A stretch of DNA of 64,000 nt from Coriobacteriaceae bacterium. GTDB lineage: Bacteria; Bacillota_I; Bacilli_A; RFN20; CAG-826. How positions within the stretch are numbered: the first letter of the stretch is position 1; the number at the start of each line of letters is the position of its first letter. A model generated the notes under the pieces. That model was given only the letters and a program-made list of their open reading frames with translations, did no database searches and had not been told where the DNA came from. Shown here one piece after another: positions 9,055 through 18,799 of the stretch. The position numbers and the translations under genes are program-made. The stretch lies in contig CAVDXG010000004.1 of the NCBI GenBank assembly GCA_963612925.1, positions 1,084-65,083 on the forward strand, read 5' to 3'.

Positions 9055-10364
9055 AAATTGATAAACAACTAATCAATGGTTTAGCTTTTATTTCCGGAGT
9101 TTGGGAAAAGAAAAATATCGCGATAAGCGGAGAAAAGATTGCTTATATTGGCGATGAAGTTTTCCCTGAAGGCGAAATTATCGATTGTAAAGGATTAAAA
9201 ATCCTTCCTGGGCTTATCGACCCGCATGTTCATTTTGAACTCAACTGTGGAAAGTTAACTTCCATTGATGATTTTTATTTTGGAAGCGTATCTGCCGCCT
9301 ATGGAGGAGTGACTACCATTGTTGATTTCCTCGATCCAAGTAGAAACGCCGATGAACTTCGCGAGTCCTATTATGAACGAGCTTTACTAGCCAAGAAGAG
9401 TTTAGTTGATTATCACTTTCACGCCTGCATAAAGATGCCAAATGGCGATTTAGAAGAATATGTGAAGACTACTAAAGAGCTTGGTATGAGAACAATTAAA
9501 TTGTTTACCACTTATAGCGACACCGGGCGAAGAACATATGATAAAGACATCATTGAATTATTAAAGTTGAGTCAAAAATATGATGTTTTGATACTTGCTC
9601 ATATCGAAGCGGATGATAAGATTGTTATCAAAAACGAATATACGTATAAGGATTTATGTGCCTCTAGACCATCATATGCGGAAACTTTAGAAGCCTTAAA
9701 ATTAGCTTCATATGTTAAAGAATACGGCGGTTATTTATATATGGTTCATTGCTCAAGTGGTCAAACTCTTCATGATTTAAAAGAGCAATATGGTGATTTA
9801 ATAAATAAACACCTATTCATCGAATCTTGTCCTCAATATTTCATTTTCAATAACTCCGTTTTGGATAAAGAAAATGGACAATTATTTACTTTTGCTCCTC
9901 CTTTAAGAAGTGAGAGAGAGCGACAACTACTTGTTGCGAATTTTGATGATATTAATACAATTGGCACCGATCACTGCGCCTTTAGTAAAGCTGATAAGAA
10001 TCACCCTACTCTTATTGACTTCCCACTTGGAGTTGGAGGAATTGAATATTCTTTCACTACAATGTATCGAAGATTCGGGGATAAAGTTATCGCAAAGATG
10101 AGCGAAAACGTGGCAAAAATTGAAGATTTTCCGACTAAAGGCAGTTTAAAAGTTGGATTAGATGCTGATATTTCCATCTTTAAAGAAGATGATAATTATT
10201 TCATTAATAACACTAATCACGGGAAATGCGATTATTCAATCTATGAAGGTATCTTAGCTGATGGCGAATTTATTCATACGCTTGTTAGAGGCGAGTTTGT
10301 TTTAAAGAATCGAGAAATAGTTCCTCACAAAGGAAAAGAAATAATCTGTGGAGTGACAAAATGA
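9051..10364 (+). CDS. hyuA: Cyclic amidohydrolase, D-hydantoinase/dihydropyrimidinase family (HyuA/YgeZ-like)
   Basis: 437 aa with the metal motif PGLIDPHVHF and a candidate carboxylated Lys in TIKLFT. ATGA overlaps on both sides. Confidence 0.85.
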   Translation: MKIDKQLINGLAFISGVWEKKNIAISGEKIAYIGDEVFPEGEIIDCKGLKILPGLIDPHVHFELNCGKLTSIDDFYFGSVSAAYGGVTTIVDFLDPSRNADELRESYYERALLAKKSLVDYHFHACIKMPNGDLEEYVKTTKELGMRTIKLFTTYSDTGRRTYDKDIIELLKLSQKYDVLILAHIEADDKIVIKNEYTYKDLCASRPSYAETLEALKLASYVKEYGGYLYMVHCSSGQTLHDLKEQYGDLINKHLFIESCPQYFIFNNSVLDKENGQLFTFAPPLRSERERQLLVANFDDINTIGTDHCAFSKADKNHPTLIDFPLGVGGIEYSFTTMYRRFGDKVIAKMSENVAKIEDFPTKGSLKVGLDADISIFKEDDNYFINNTNHGKCDYSIYEGILADGEFIHTLVRGEFVLKNREIVPHKGKEIICGVTK

Positions 10365-11659
10365 AAGCTTTAATCAATGTAAGAATTTATGACTATATTA
10401 ACTATATCGAAAATGGTTATGTCATTTTTGATAAAGAGGTTGTTAAAGTCGGCGCGATGAAAGATTTTAACGATGAAGGATATTCCGTTATAGATGGAAA
10501 AGGTTCTTTACTTCTTCCAAATTTTGTCTGCGCACATTCTCACATCTATTCTATCTTTGCTCGCGGTCTTTCCTTGCCATTCAATCCACATAATTTCTAT
10601 GAAATACTCGAACAAATGTGGTGGAAATTAGATGCAAAATTAACGAATGAATTGACCTATTATAGCGGCATTGCTGCCTCTAGCGAATTTCTCTTAAACG
10701 GGGTTAGCACAGTCGTTGACCATCACGCTTCAGGCGAAATAATTAATTCCTTAAACGCTTTAAAAAAGAGCGTGGTCAATGTAGCTGGATTAAGAGGAAT
10801 ATTCTGCTTTGAAACTAGCGATAGATATCAAGTTAAAGATTGCATCAGAGAAAATAAACGCTTTGCTTTAAAAAATCATGATAGTCATTGCTCTGGCTTA
10901 TTTGGTATGCACGCCTCGATGAGCTTATCTAATAAAACCTTAAAAATGGTTAAAAGAAATCTAGGTGAGATTCCCCTTCATGTCCATGTCGCAGAAAGCG
11001 AGATGGATGAAATTGATTCGATGGATAAATATTCAACATCTATCATTGAACGATTTGAAAAATATGGGTTGCTTAGCAAAGACTCTTTGCTCGTTCATGG
11101 AGTCGCTTTATCGGATAAAGAATTAGATATCATTAAAGCTCATGATTGTTTAATGGTGGTTAACACCACGAGCAATATGAACAACGCTGTCGGTTTACCG
11201 AATGTAAAAGCCTATTTAGATAAAGGCATTAAAGTGATGGTCGGAAACGATGGACTTAATTCGAATATGGCTAGCGAATTTATGAATGTTTATTACACTT
11301 CCCATTTAAGAAATGAATCTCCAACTCAGTTATCACTAAACGAGGTTAGAGAAATGATTTTAAATAGCTATGAATATGTCTCAAATAGATTGAATATCAA
11401 ACTAGGCCGAATCGAAAAAGGTTACTGCGCGGACTTTATGTTAACGCCATACAAGAATTTTACTCGCATTGATAATTCTAATGCTTTTGGACATGTTTTC
11501 TTCGGTTTATTCCCATCTTTTAAGCCAAGCGATGTTTTTATCGATGGTAAGAAAGTTGTGAAAAATTATAAATTGGTGAGAATTAAATTAATTAACGAAT
11601 TAAATAAAGCAAATGCTTATTCAGATAAATTATGGAAGAGCCTTAAGGAGGAAAACTAA
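10361..11659 (+). CDS. ssnA: Putative aminohydrolase SsnA (chlorohydrolase/deaminase family)
   Basis: 432 aa with the amidohydrolase HxH motif (CAHSHIYS). Length and context match SsnA of the E. coli ygf/yge locus. Confidence 0.8.
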   Translation: MKALINVRIYDYINYIENGYVIFDKEVVKVGAMKDFNDEGYSVIDGKGSLLLPNFVCAHSHIYSIFARGLSLPFNPHNFYEILEQMWWKLDAKLTNELTYYSGIAASSEFLLNGVSTVVDHHASGEIINSLNALKKSVVNVAGLRGIFCFETSDRYQVKDCIRENKRFALKNHDSHCSGLFGMHASMSLSNKTLKMVKRNLGEIPLHVHVAESEMDEIDSMDKYSTSIIERFEKYGLLSKDSLLVHGVALSDKELDIIKAHDCLMVVNTTSNMNNAVGLPNVKAYLDKGIKVMVGNDGLNSNMASEFMNVYYTSHLRNESPTQLSLNEVREMILNSYEYVSNRLNIKLGRIEKGYCADFMLTPYKNFTRIDNSNAFGHVFFGLFPSFKPSDVFIDGKKVVKNYKLVRIKLINELNKANAYSDKLWKSLKEEN

Positions 11660-11663
11660 ACAT

Positions 11664-12761
11664 ATGGATATTAAGACCACTTTTGATGGATTAGAATTAG
11701 CTAATCCGCTTATGCCAGCCGCCGGACCACTTGTTGGCGATGCTACAAAAATGCTTTGGCTTGAAAAAGAAGGATGTGGGGCGATTGTTTCTAAAACGAT
11801 TTCCACCAAAGACGCCCATATTCCTCATCCATGCATTTACGGCGATAAAGATTACATTCTTAACTGTGAACTTTGGACTGAATATACTAAGGAAAAATGG
11901 CTAGATGAATTCCTTCCTTATTTTAAGAAACATAGCGATGGAAGACCTTTGATTATCTCGGTTGGTTATACCAAAGAGGATATGAAAATCTTGATTCCTC
12001 TTTTAGATAAATTTGCCGATGCCTTCGAAGTTTCTACTCATTATGTCGGCAATGACTTATCTGAAATCGGCAAGACCGTAGCCACGATTCGCTCTCTTAC
12101 TAAAAAGCCAATCTATATGAAGATCAGCGCTCATATGCCTGATCCAGAAGGCTTTGCTAAAACGATAAAAGAAAATGGGGCGAATGGTGTTGTAGCAGTC
12201 AATTCACTTGGACCAAGCATGAAGATTGATATTGCTTCTAGATCGATAATTTATGGAAACAGCAAAGGCTTCGCTTGGACTAGTGGACCATATATTAAAA
12301 ATATTGCTCTAGCCACTGTTTATACAATTAAGCAAGCTGAGCCATCTTTAACTGTCATCGGTGTTGGCGGAATTCAAAGCGCAGATGATGTTGTCGAGTT
12401 CCTTTTAGCCGGGGCAAGCGGAGTTCAAATGCTATCCGCGGCGATGCTTAAAGGAAAAGGCTTATATCGTAAAATTATTGGCGATTTGCCAGCATCTTTA
12501 GCGAAATACGGCTTTAATTCCGTGCAAGAAGTCATTGATACAAAGCTTAATAATCATGCTGTTTTCGGCAAAGGGGATACGCCTAAACTTGAAAAAGCGA
12601 AATGCATAAAATGTGGAACATGTGAAAGAATATGCCCTTATTTTGCTATTGATATGAGCAATGATGGACCAATATTTAAAAGCGATAAATGTTTTAGATG
12701 TGGACTTTGCGTTTCAAAATGTCCAACTAAAGCACTTAACTACATTAAAGTTGAGGAATAA
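11664..12761 (+). CDS. Dihydroorotate/dihydropyrimidine-dehydrogenase-like flavoenzyme with a C-terminal 2x[4Fe-4S] ferredoxin domain (PreA-like)
   Basis: A DHOD-fold TIM barrel (ANPLMPAAGP...GVGGI) plus CIKCGTCERICP and CFRCGLCVSKCP. The ATG at 11664 follows AAGGAGGA. The track start at 11613 overlaps ssnA and lacks an SD. Confidence 0.85.
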   Translation: MDIKTTFDGLELANPLMPAAGPLVGDATKMLWLEKEGCGAIVSKTISTKDAHIPHPCIYGDKDYILNCELWTEYTKEKWLDEFLPYFKKHSDGRPLIISVGYTKEDMKILIPLLDKFADAFEVSTHYVGNDLSEIGKTVATIRSLTKKPIYMKISAHMPDPEGFAKTIKENGANGVVAVNSLGPSMKIDIASRSIIYGNSKGFAWTSGPYIKNIALATVYTIKQAEPSLTVIGVGGIQSADDVVEFLLAGASGVQMLSAAMLKGKGLYRKIIGDLPASLAKYGFNSVQEVIDTKLNNHAVFGKGDTPKLEKAKCIKCGTCERICPYFAIDMSNDGPIFKSDKCFRCGLCVSKCPTKALNYIKVEE

Positions 12762-12763
12762 GC

Positions 12764-14875
12764 ATGCTTCCATTTAAAAGCAAATATCCAACTTCAACAA
12801 CCAAGGTTGATCAATATATAAAAGTACGTGGTGAAGCCAAATTCACCGATGATTTTACTTTTAAAGATTTGCTTTACGCCAAAACGGTGCGAAGTAGCAT
12901 CGCAAAAGGCGATATTGTTAGCATCACTAAGCCAAATTTACCTGATGGCTATTATTGGATAGATTATCACGATATACGCGGTGATAATGTCACCAACATC
13001 ATCTTCTCTGATTGGCCGGTTTTCGCCGAAAAACATGTCAACTATATCGGAGAGGCAATAGCTTTAATCGTTGGACCAAATAAAGGTGAACTCGAGCGCT
13101 TAGTAAATGAAGTTAAAATCGAATATATTGAAGAAGAACCTGTATATGATTTAGTTGATAGCTACATCCATAAAGAATTTAAAAAAGGCAACATTGAAAT
13201 TGCTAAAAAAGAAGCTACAAAAATTATTGAAGAAGATTATACAACTTCTTATCAAGAGCAAGCCTATCTTGAACCGCAGGGAATGCTTGTCTATTTTGAT
13301 GATGAACATCGATTAACTTGCGTTGGCTCTATTCAATGTCCTTTCTATGTCCATCGAGCGGTCATGAGAGCTTGTAAACTTAATAACGATCAAGTGCGAG
13401 TAATTCAACCTGCCGTCGGCGGAGCCTTTGGAGGAAAAGAACATTATCCTTCGATGATGGCTGCTCAACTAGCGACAGCTTTATTAAAAATAAATAAACC
13501 AATTAAGATGTGCTTTGAACGACCAGAAGATTTGATGTATTCGACAAAACGTCATCCTTCAAAGACGCATTATAAAGCCTATATCGATGAAGAAAATAAC
13601 ATTTTAGGCATGGAAGTTAAGGTCGCTCTTAATGGCGGAGCATTTAAAGGTTGTAGCGGTGTTGTCTTATCGCGTGCTTTAATTGCCTGCGTCAATGTCT
13701 ATAACATTCCTTCTTTAGATGTTAAAGGTGATGTTTATATGACTAATACTGTTCCAACTGCCGCTTTCCGAGGCTTTGGTTCTCCTCAAACTATTTTTGC
13801 TATTGAAATGTTTATGAATCACATCGCTAAACGCTTAGGCGTTGATCCATTAGAATTTAGACTTAAATATCTTGTGAAAGAAGGAGATGTTACCACCAAT
13901 AGCGGTACATTCCACGATCCAATCATACTTCCTGAGCTCATCGATAAAGCGATGGAAATGAGCGATTACAAGCGAAAAATTGTTGAATATTCAAAACCAG
14001 GTTGCAATAAAGGAATTGGAATGAGTTTCTTCCTACATGGATGTGGTTTTACTGGAAGCGGTGAAAGCGACATCATCAAAGGAAAAGTTAAATTGATAAA
14101 AGATAAAAGAGATATAGTTCACGTCTATGCTTCTAGCGTTGACATGGGGCAAGGCAATAAGACCACCCTTAAAAAGATTGTAGCTAGAAATCTTGAAATT
14201 CCTGATGATCAAGTTGTATTTGATAATCCTGATACATCAATTATCCCCGACAGCGGGCCTACCGCCGCAAGTCGAACAATTATTATTGTTGGCTTCTTAA
14301 TGGAAAAGGCCGCGAAAAATTTAAAGAAAATATGGAAAAGTGGTGTCTATCAAGAACATGTTGAACCTTATGTAGGACCAAGTTACATCAAATGGGATGA
14401 AGATAGTATGCAAGGCGATGCTTATCCTTCCTATTCTTGGGGCGTAAATGTGGTGGAAGTAGAATACGATCCAATCACATATCAAATTCAAATTCTGCAT
14501 ACCTATTCGACTTATGATGTTGGTAGAGTCGTCGATGAACGCATCGCAGTAGGCCAAGCTGATGGAGGATTGCTCCAAGGTTTAGGCTATGGCTATATGG
14601 AGACGATGAAAGTTAAAGATGGAAAGTTTCAACAGAAGTCTTTAAGCGATTATATCGTTCCAACTTTCGAAGATGCTCCTTTGATGGAAACTGCCTTTAT
14701 TGATAATCCATTTATTTATGGAGCTAATGGTGCGAAAGGAATGGGCGAGTTAACTCTTGTTGGAGGAGCTCCCGCGATTGCTTTAGCTATAGAAAATGCG
14801 ATAAATAGGAAAGTTAATGACATTCCTTGCAACCCAGAATACATCATGGAGTTAGTTAAAAATGGCAAAGATTAA
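12764..14875 (+). CDS. Mo-hydroxylase molybdopterin-binding large subunit, set 2 (xanthine-dehydrogenase-like)
   Basis: 703 aa with motifs GGAFGGKE, AFRGFGSPQ and AKGMGELT. Confidence 0.9.
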   Translation: MLPFKSKYPTSTTKVDQYIKVRGEAKFTDDFTFKDLLYAKTVRSSIAKGDIVSITKPNLPDGYYWIDYHDIRGDNVTNIIFSDWPVFAEKHVNYIGEAIALIVGPNKGELERLVNEVKIEYIEEEPVYDLVDSYIHKEFKKGNIEIAKKEATKIIEEDYTTSYQEQAYLEPQGMLVYFDDEHRLTCVGSIQCPFYVHRAVMRACKLNNDQVRVIQPAVGGAFGGKEHYPSMMAAQLATALLKINKPIKMCFERPEDLMYSTKRHPSKTHYKAYIDEENNILGMEVKVALNGGAFKGCSGVVLSRALIACVNVYNIPSLDVKGDVYMTNTVPTAAFRGFGSPQTIFAIEMFMNHIAKRLGVDPLEFRLKYLVKEGDVTTNSGTFHDPIILPELIDKAMEMSDYKRKIVEYSKPGCNKGIGMSFFLHGCGFTGSGESDIIKGKVKLIKDKRDIVHVYASSVDMGQGNKTTLKKIVARNLEIPDDQVVFDNPDTSIIPDSGPTAASRTIIIVGFLMEKAAKNLKKIWKSGVYQEHVEPYVGPSYIKWDEDSMQGDAYPSYSWGVNVVEVEYDPITYQIQILHTYSTYDVGRVVDERIAVGQADGGLLQGLGYGYMETMKVKDGKFQQKSLSDYIVPTFEDAPLMETAFIDNPFIYGANGAKGMGELTLVGGAPAIALAIENAINRKVNDIPCNPEYIMELVKNGKD

Positions 14876-15344
14876 ATTCAATTTAAATAATGTTGAAATG
14901 GAAGTTGATGTCGACCCAAGTCGAAGATTGATTGATTTTCTTCGTGAGGATATGCACTTAACTGGAACCAAAGAAGGCTGCGGCGAAGGAAGCTGCGGAG
15001 CATGTGTCGTTTTACTTGATGGCTATTCCGTAAATTCATGCCTCATACCGATGGCTAATGTTATGAATCACTCAATTATCACCATTGAAGAATACAAAAA
15101 GAGTGAACGTTTCAATATTTTATATACCTGTTTTAGTGAAGAAGGCGGTTCACAATGTGGATTTTGCACACCGGGAATGATTATTGCAGCCGAATCACTT
15201 CTTTCACATAACCCTCATCCGAGCGAAGAGGAAATTCGAAAAGCGATGTCCGGGAATTTATGCCGTTGCACTGGCTATCAAGCCATTGTTAATGCCGTTA
15301 AATTAGCGAGCAAGATTGGAGATAAAGCATGGGAGAAAAAATAA
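14862..15344 (+). CDS. Mo-hydroxylase [2Fe-2S] subunit, set 2
   Basis: 160 aa with CGEGSCGACVV and QCGFCTPG...CRCTGY. Confidence 0.9.
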   Translation: MAKIKFNLNNVEMEVDVDPSRRLIDFLREDMHLTGTKEGCGEGSCGACVVLLDGYSVNSCLIPMANVMNHSIITIEEYKKSERFNILYTCFSEEGGSQCGFCTPGMIIAAESLLSHNPHPSEEEIRKAMSGNLCRCTGYQAIVNAVKLASKIGDKAWEKK

Positions 15345-16186
15345 TAGCAAATTCACTTAATGAAGCTCTTATTGCTTTAGATAGTCATAATTGCACCATC
15401 GTTGCTGGTGGAAGCGATATTATGCTACAAAAACGCAATGTTGCTGGCGAATTGCCTAAATTTTCAGGCGATGTTCTCTTTATTTCAAACTTAAAAGAAT
15501 TGCATTATGAAGTGCTTGAAGATGATGGCGTTCATATCGGTGCGACAATGACTTTGGAGGAAATTTTAGACAATGAATTCACTCCTAAAGTTTTAAAAGA
15601 TTGTATCAGTGAACTTGCGAGCGCCAACATTCGTCACTTTGCTACTCTAGCTGGAAACATTGCTAATGCCTCTCCAGCTGGCGACACCATCGTCGTGGAT
15701 GTGCTTTTAGATGCGACATTGAAGTTAACTTCCATTAATGGAAGTCGATTTGTAAAAGCTGCTGATTTTGTTAAAGGCGTTCGAAAAATTGATTTACAAA
15801 AGAATGAATTAATCGAAGAAATTATTTTTCCTAAATATGATTTTGATGAACTTGTTTTCTTCAAAGTTGGCTCTAGAAAAGCCGAATCTATCTCAAAGGT
15901 TTCCTTCGCCGGAGCTTATATGCTTGAAAATGGAATCATAAAAGATATTCGTCTTTCTTATGGCTCAGTCTTTATTAAAGCAATAAGAAGTTATGCTCTT
16001 GAAGAAGAACTTAAAGGCTTATCGATTAAAGAATTAGAGAATAGAGTTGAAGAATATGTTGATAAATATGGTGAATTTATTTCTCCAATTGATGATCAAA
16101 GATCAAATAGATTTTATCGAAAAGAGGTAGCGAAAAATATCACGAGAATGTTTTTAAATAAGGTAATTGAAGGAGGCAATAGATGA
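15329..16186 (+). CDS. Mo-hydroxylase FAD-binding subunit, set 2
   Basis: 285 aa with an FAD-binding PCMH-type domain (IVAGGSDIM, ATLAGNIANASPAGD). Confidence 0.85.
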   Translation: MGEKIIANSLNEALIALDSHNCTIVAGGSDIMLQKRNVAGELPKFSGDVLFISNLKELHYEVLEDDGVHIGATMTLEEILDNEFTPKVLKDCISELASANIRHFATLAGNIANASPAGDTIVVDVLLDATLKLTSINGSRFVKAADFVKGVRKIDLQKNELIEEIIFPKYDFDELVFFKVGSRKAESISKVSFAGAYMLENGIIKDIRLSYGSVFIKAIRSYALEEELKGLSIKELENRVEEYVDKYGEFISPIDDQRSNRFYRKEVAKNITRMFLNKVIEGGNR

Positions 16187-17427
16187 ATTATATCAAAGGG
16201 TATCGTTGTACGATATGCCACAAGTTTTTTCGTCCTGATGAGGTCGATTTAACTTGCCCTGTATGTGGCGAAAAAGGAATCCTCGATATCGAATACGATT
16301 ACGATGAATTAAAGAAAATTCTTACTAAAGATTACTTTAAGAATAACTCTAATTATTCGATGTGGCGTTATTATCCAATCATGGGAATCGAAAAGGATAA
16401 TATCGATAAAATGCTAAGAGTTGGCTGGACTCCTCTATATGAAGCTTACAATTTAGAAAAAGTATTTAATCTAAAGAAACTTTATATAAAAGATGATGGC
16501 CTTAATCCTAGCGGTTCTAGTAAAGATCGCGCTTCCGGAGTGGCGGTTTTAAAAGCTATTGAAGCTGGTGCGAAAACTATTGCTTGTTCATCAACCGGCA
16601 ATGCGGCTAGCTCTTGTGCTTGTCAAGCTGCCAGAATGGGACTTCACGCCGTTATCTTTGTGCCGAAAAGAGCACCTATTGGTAAAGTGACACAAATTGC
16701 TTTATATGGCGCTACTCTTATCTGCGTTGACGGCGATTATAAAGCAGCTTTCTCACTGTCGAAACAAGCTATTGAAAAATATGGTTGGTATAACCGCAAC
16801 GCGGCAATTAATCCATTCATGATTGAAGGTAAGAAAACTGTAGCGATGGAAATCGCTGAACAGCTCGATTTTAAAGTCACCGATTGGGTAGCTGTAAGCG
16901 TTGGCGATGGTTGCACAGTTGGAGGCGTCTATAAAGGCTTTTTAGAATTCTATAAGTTAGGTTTAATCGATAGAATTCCTAAGATTTTAGGCGTGCAGAG
17001 CAAAGGCTGCGAACCTTTTGTAGTCGCTAGTAAAACTGGCGAGCCTTTAAAAGAATGCGATGAAAACACCATTGCCGATTCTATCGCAGTGGGAATACCT
17101 CGCAATCCTATAAAAGCTTTAAATGCGATTAGCTTATCTCACGGCGCGTGGATTTCAGTAAGCGACGATGATATCATTAAAGCACAAGCTTTATTAGGTA
17201 AAAGCGAAGGCATATTTGGTGAGCCTGCAGGGGTGGCAGCAATTGCTGGAATAAAAGAAGCAATTAAAGAAGGCATCATCAAAAATAGTGAAAGTGTAAC
17301 AATGATTGTAACGGGCAATGGACTTAAAGATCCTAAAAATGCCCAAAAAGCTATCACCCAACCTAAATTAATGAAACCAAATCTAGAAGAATTGGATAAA
17401 TTTTTGAAAGAAAAAGGAGCAATTTAA
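16183..17427 (+). CDS. Fold-type II PLP enzyme, threonine-synthase-like, with an N-terminal Zn-ribbon
   Basis: 414 aa. N-terminal CTIC...CPVC, the PLP-lysine motif NPSGSSKDR, and glycine-rich SVGDGCTVGG. Confidence 0.8.
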   Translation: MNYIKGYRCTICHKFFRPDEVDLTCPVCGEKGILDIEYDYDELKKILTKDYFKNNSNYSMWRYYPIMGIEKDNIDKMLRVGWTPLYEAYNLEKVFNLKKLYIKDDGLNPSGSSKDRASGVAVLKAIEAGAKTIACSSTGNAASSCACQAARMGLHAVIFVPKRAPIGKVTQIALYGATLICVDGDYKAAFSLSKQAIEKYGWYNRNAAINPFMIEGKKTVAMEIAEQLDFKVTDWVAVSVGDGCTVGGVYKGFLEFYKLGLIDRIPKILGVQSKGCEPFVVASKTGEPLKECDENTIADSIAVGIPRNPIKALNAISLSHGAWISVSDDDIIKAQALLGKSEGIFGEPAGVAAIAGIKEAIKEGIIKNSESVTMIVTGNGLKDPKNAQKAITQPKLMKPNLEELDKFLKEKGAI

Positions 17428-17428
17428 C

Positions 17429-18799
17429 ATGTCAAAAATTCCATTTGGACCGACCTATGATGAAATGCTAAATCCAGCACATCAAGATCCAAAAACCAGA
17501 GCAGCAGCTCTAAAAGCTCTCAAAGAAAATGAGCTTGATCCAATTAACTTGTTCAACATCACTTGGAAAAATGAGCACGATCAAGTTAATAAGATAGTTC
17601 TACCGAAAGAACTAACCGGTGTCGAGGCGAACATTGTCGTTTTACTTGGCAAATATTTCCCATCAGGTTCACATAAAGTTGGACCAGCCTATTCGACGCT
17701 TATGGAAGGCTGTGTCGATGGGGAAATTATTCCAGGAAAACATACCATTTTAGGACCTTCAACAGGTAACTTTGGTATCGGTGTTTCCTACATCACTAAT
17801 TTAATGAAATATGATGCGATCGTTATCATGCCTGACAACATGAGCAAGGAAAGATATGAACGCATCTCAAAATATGGAGCGAAATTAGATTTAACTCCAG
17901 GTAGCGAATCTGATGTTATTCTTACCCTTGAAAGAACATACGAACTTAAAAAAGATCCGAAGAATCGCACACTTGCCCAATTTGAACTTCTTCCAAACTA
18001 TCGTTTCCATCGCCATGTGACTGGAAATAGCTGTGTTGAAGCAGTTAAAGGCATTGGCAATTCTCGAATTGCCTGCTTCTGCAGCGCGCCTGGAAGTGCT
18101 GGCACATTAGCCGCCGGCGATCAAATCAAAGTCGCTTTCCCAGAATGTAAAGTTGTCGCCTTAGAACCGCATGAATGTTCAACTCTCACTAACGGAGGTT
18201 TAGGACAACACCGCATCGAAGGTATTGGCGATAAGATGATCACTTTAATTCACAATGTTTTAACCACTGATTTTATCACTCAAATCATCGATGAAGATTG
18301 CGTCCGCGGATTAGCAGTAATCCATGAAGGAACTGATGTTCTTGTTAAACATGGAATTGATAAAAAAGTTGCTGAATCGATGGTCAATTTATTCGGTGTA
18401 TCCGGCATTTGTAACATCTTAGGAGCAATTAAGATGGCTAAATATCTTAAACTTGGACCTGACGATAACGTCGTCACCATTGCCACCGATAGCTTTGATA
18501 GATATCCATCAGTTATGGAAGATTTACATAAACGCGAACTCGAAGTCACTCCAAATGTTTTAGAGAGATGGTTTGAAGATGTTTTCGAAGGTGCAGATAC
18601 TCGTTATATTCTCGATACTCGTGGCGTAGAAGCCAAAGAAAAACTCTTCAAACAAAAAGAACGCGATTGGCTTAAATTCGGTTACTCCCAAGAATATCTT
18701 GATTCGATGAGAAAGCCAGAATTCTGGGAAGATGAATACAACAAAATTCATGCCTACGATAAGAAAATTAAAGACATGCGTGGAAAGGAAGTTAAATAA
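17429..18799 (+). CDS. Fold-type II PLP enzyme, long cysteine-synthase/CBS-like family
   Basis: 456 aa with the motifs SGSHKVGPA (PLP Lys), PSTGNFGIG and SAPGSAGT. Confidence 0.75.
   Translation: MSKIPFGPTYDEMLNPAHQDPKTRAAALKALKENELDPINLFNITWKNEHDQVNKIVLPKELTGVEANIVVLLGKYFPSGSHKVGPAYSTLMEGCVDGEIIPGKHTILGPSTGNFGIGVSYITNLMKYDAIVIMPDNMSKERYERISKYGAKLDLTPGSESDVILTLERTYELKKDPKNRTLAQFELLPNYRFHRHVTGNSCVEAVKGIGNSRIACFCSAPGSAGTLAAGDQIKVAFPECKVVALEPHECSTLTNGGLGQHRIEGIGDKMITLIHNVLTTDFITQIIDEDCVRGLAVIHEGTDVLVKHGIDKKVAESMVNLFGVSGICNILGAIKMAKYLKLGPDDNVVTIATDSFDRYPSVMEDLHKRELEVTPNVLERWFEDVFEGADTRYILDTRGVEAKEKLFKQKERDWLKFGYSQEYLDSMRKPEFWEDEYNKIHAYDKKIKDMRGKEVK

Noticed and set aside
5490-16186. Possible selenocysteine recoding (in-frame TGA plus SECIS) in the 'selenium-dependent' Mo-hydroxylase genes.
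   Set aside because: All six subunit genes are continuous ORFs without internal TGA. In this enzyme class the selenium is a labile cofactor ligand rather than Sec, so none is expected.
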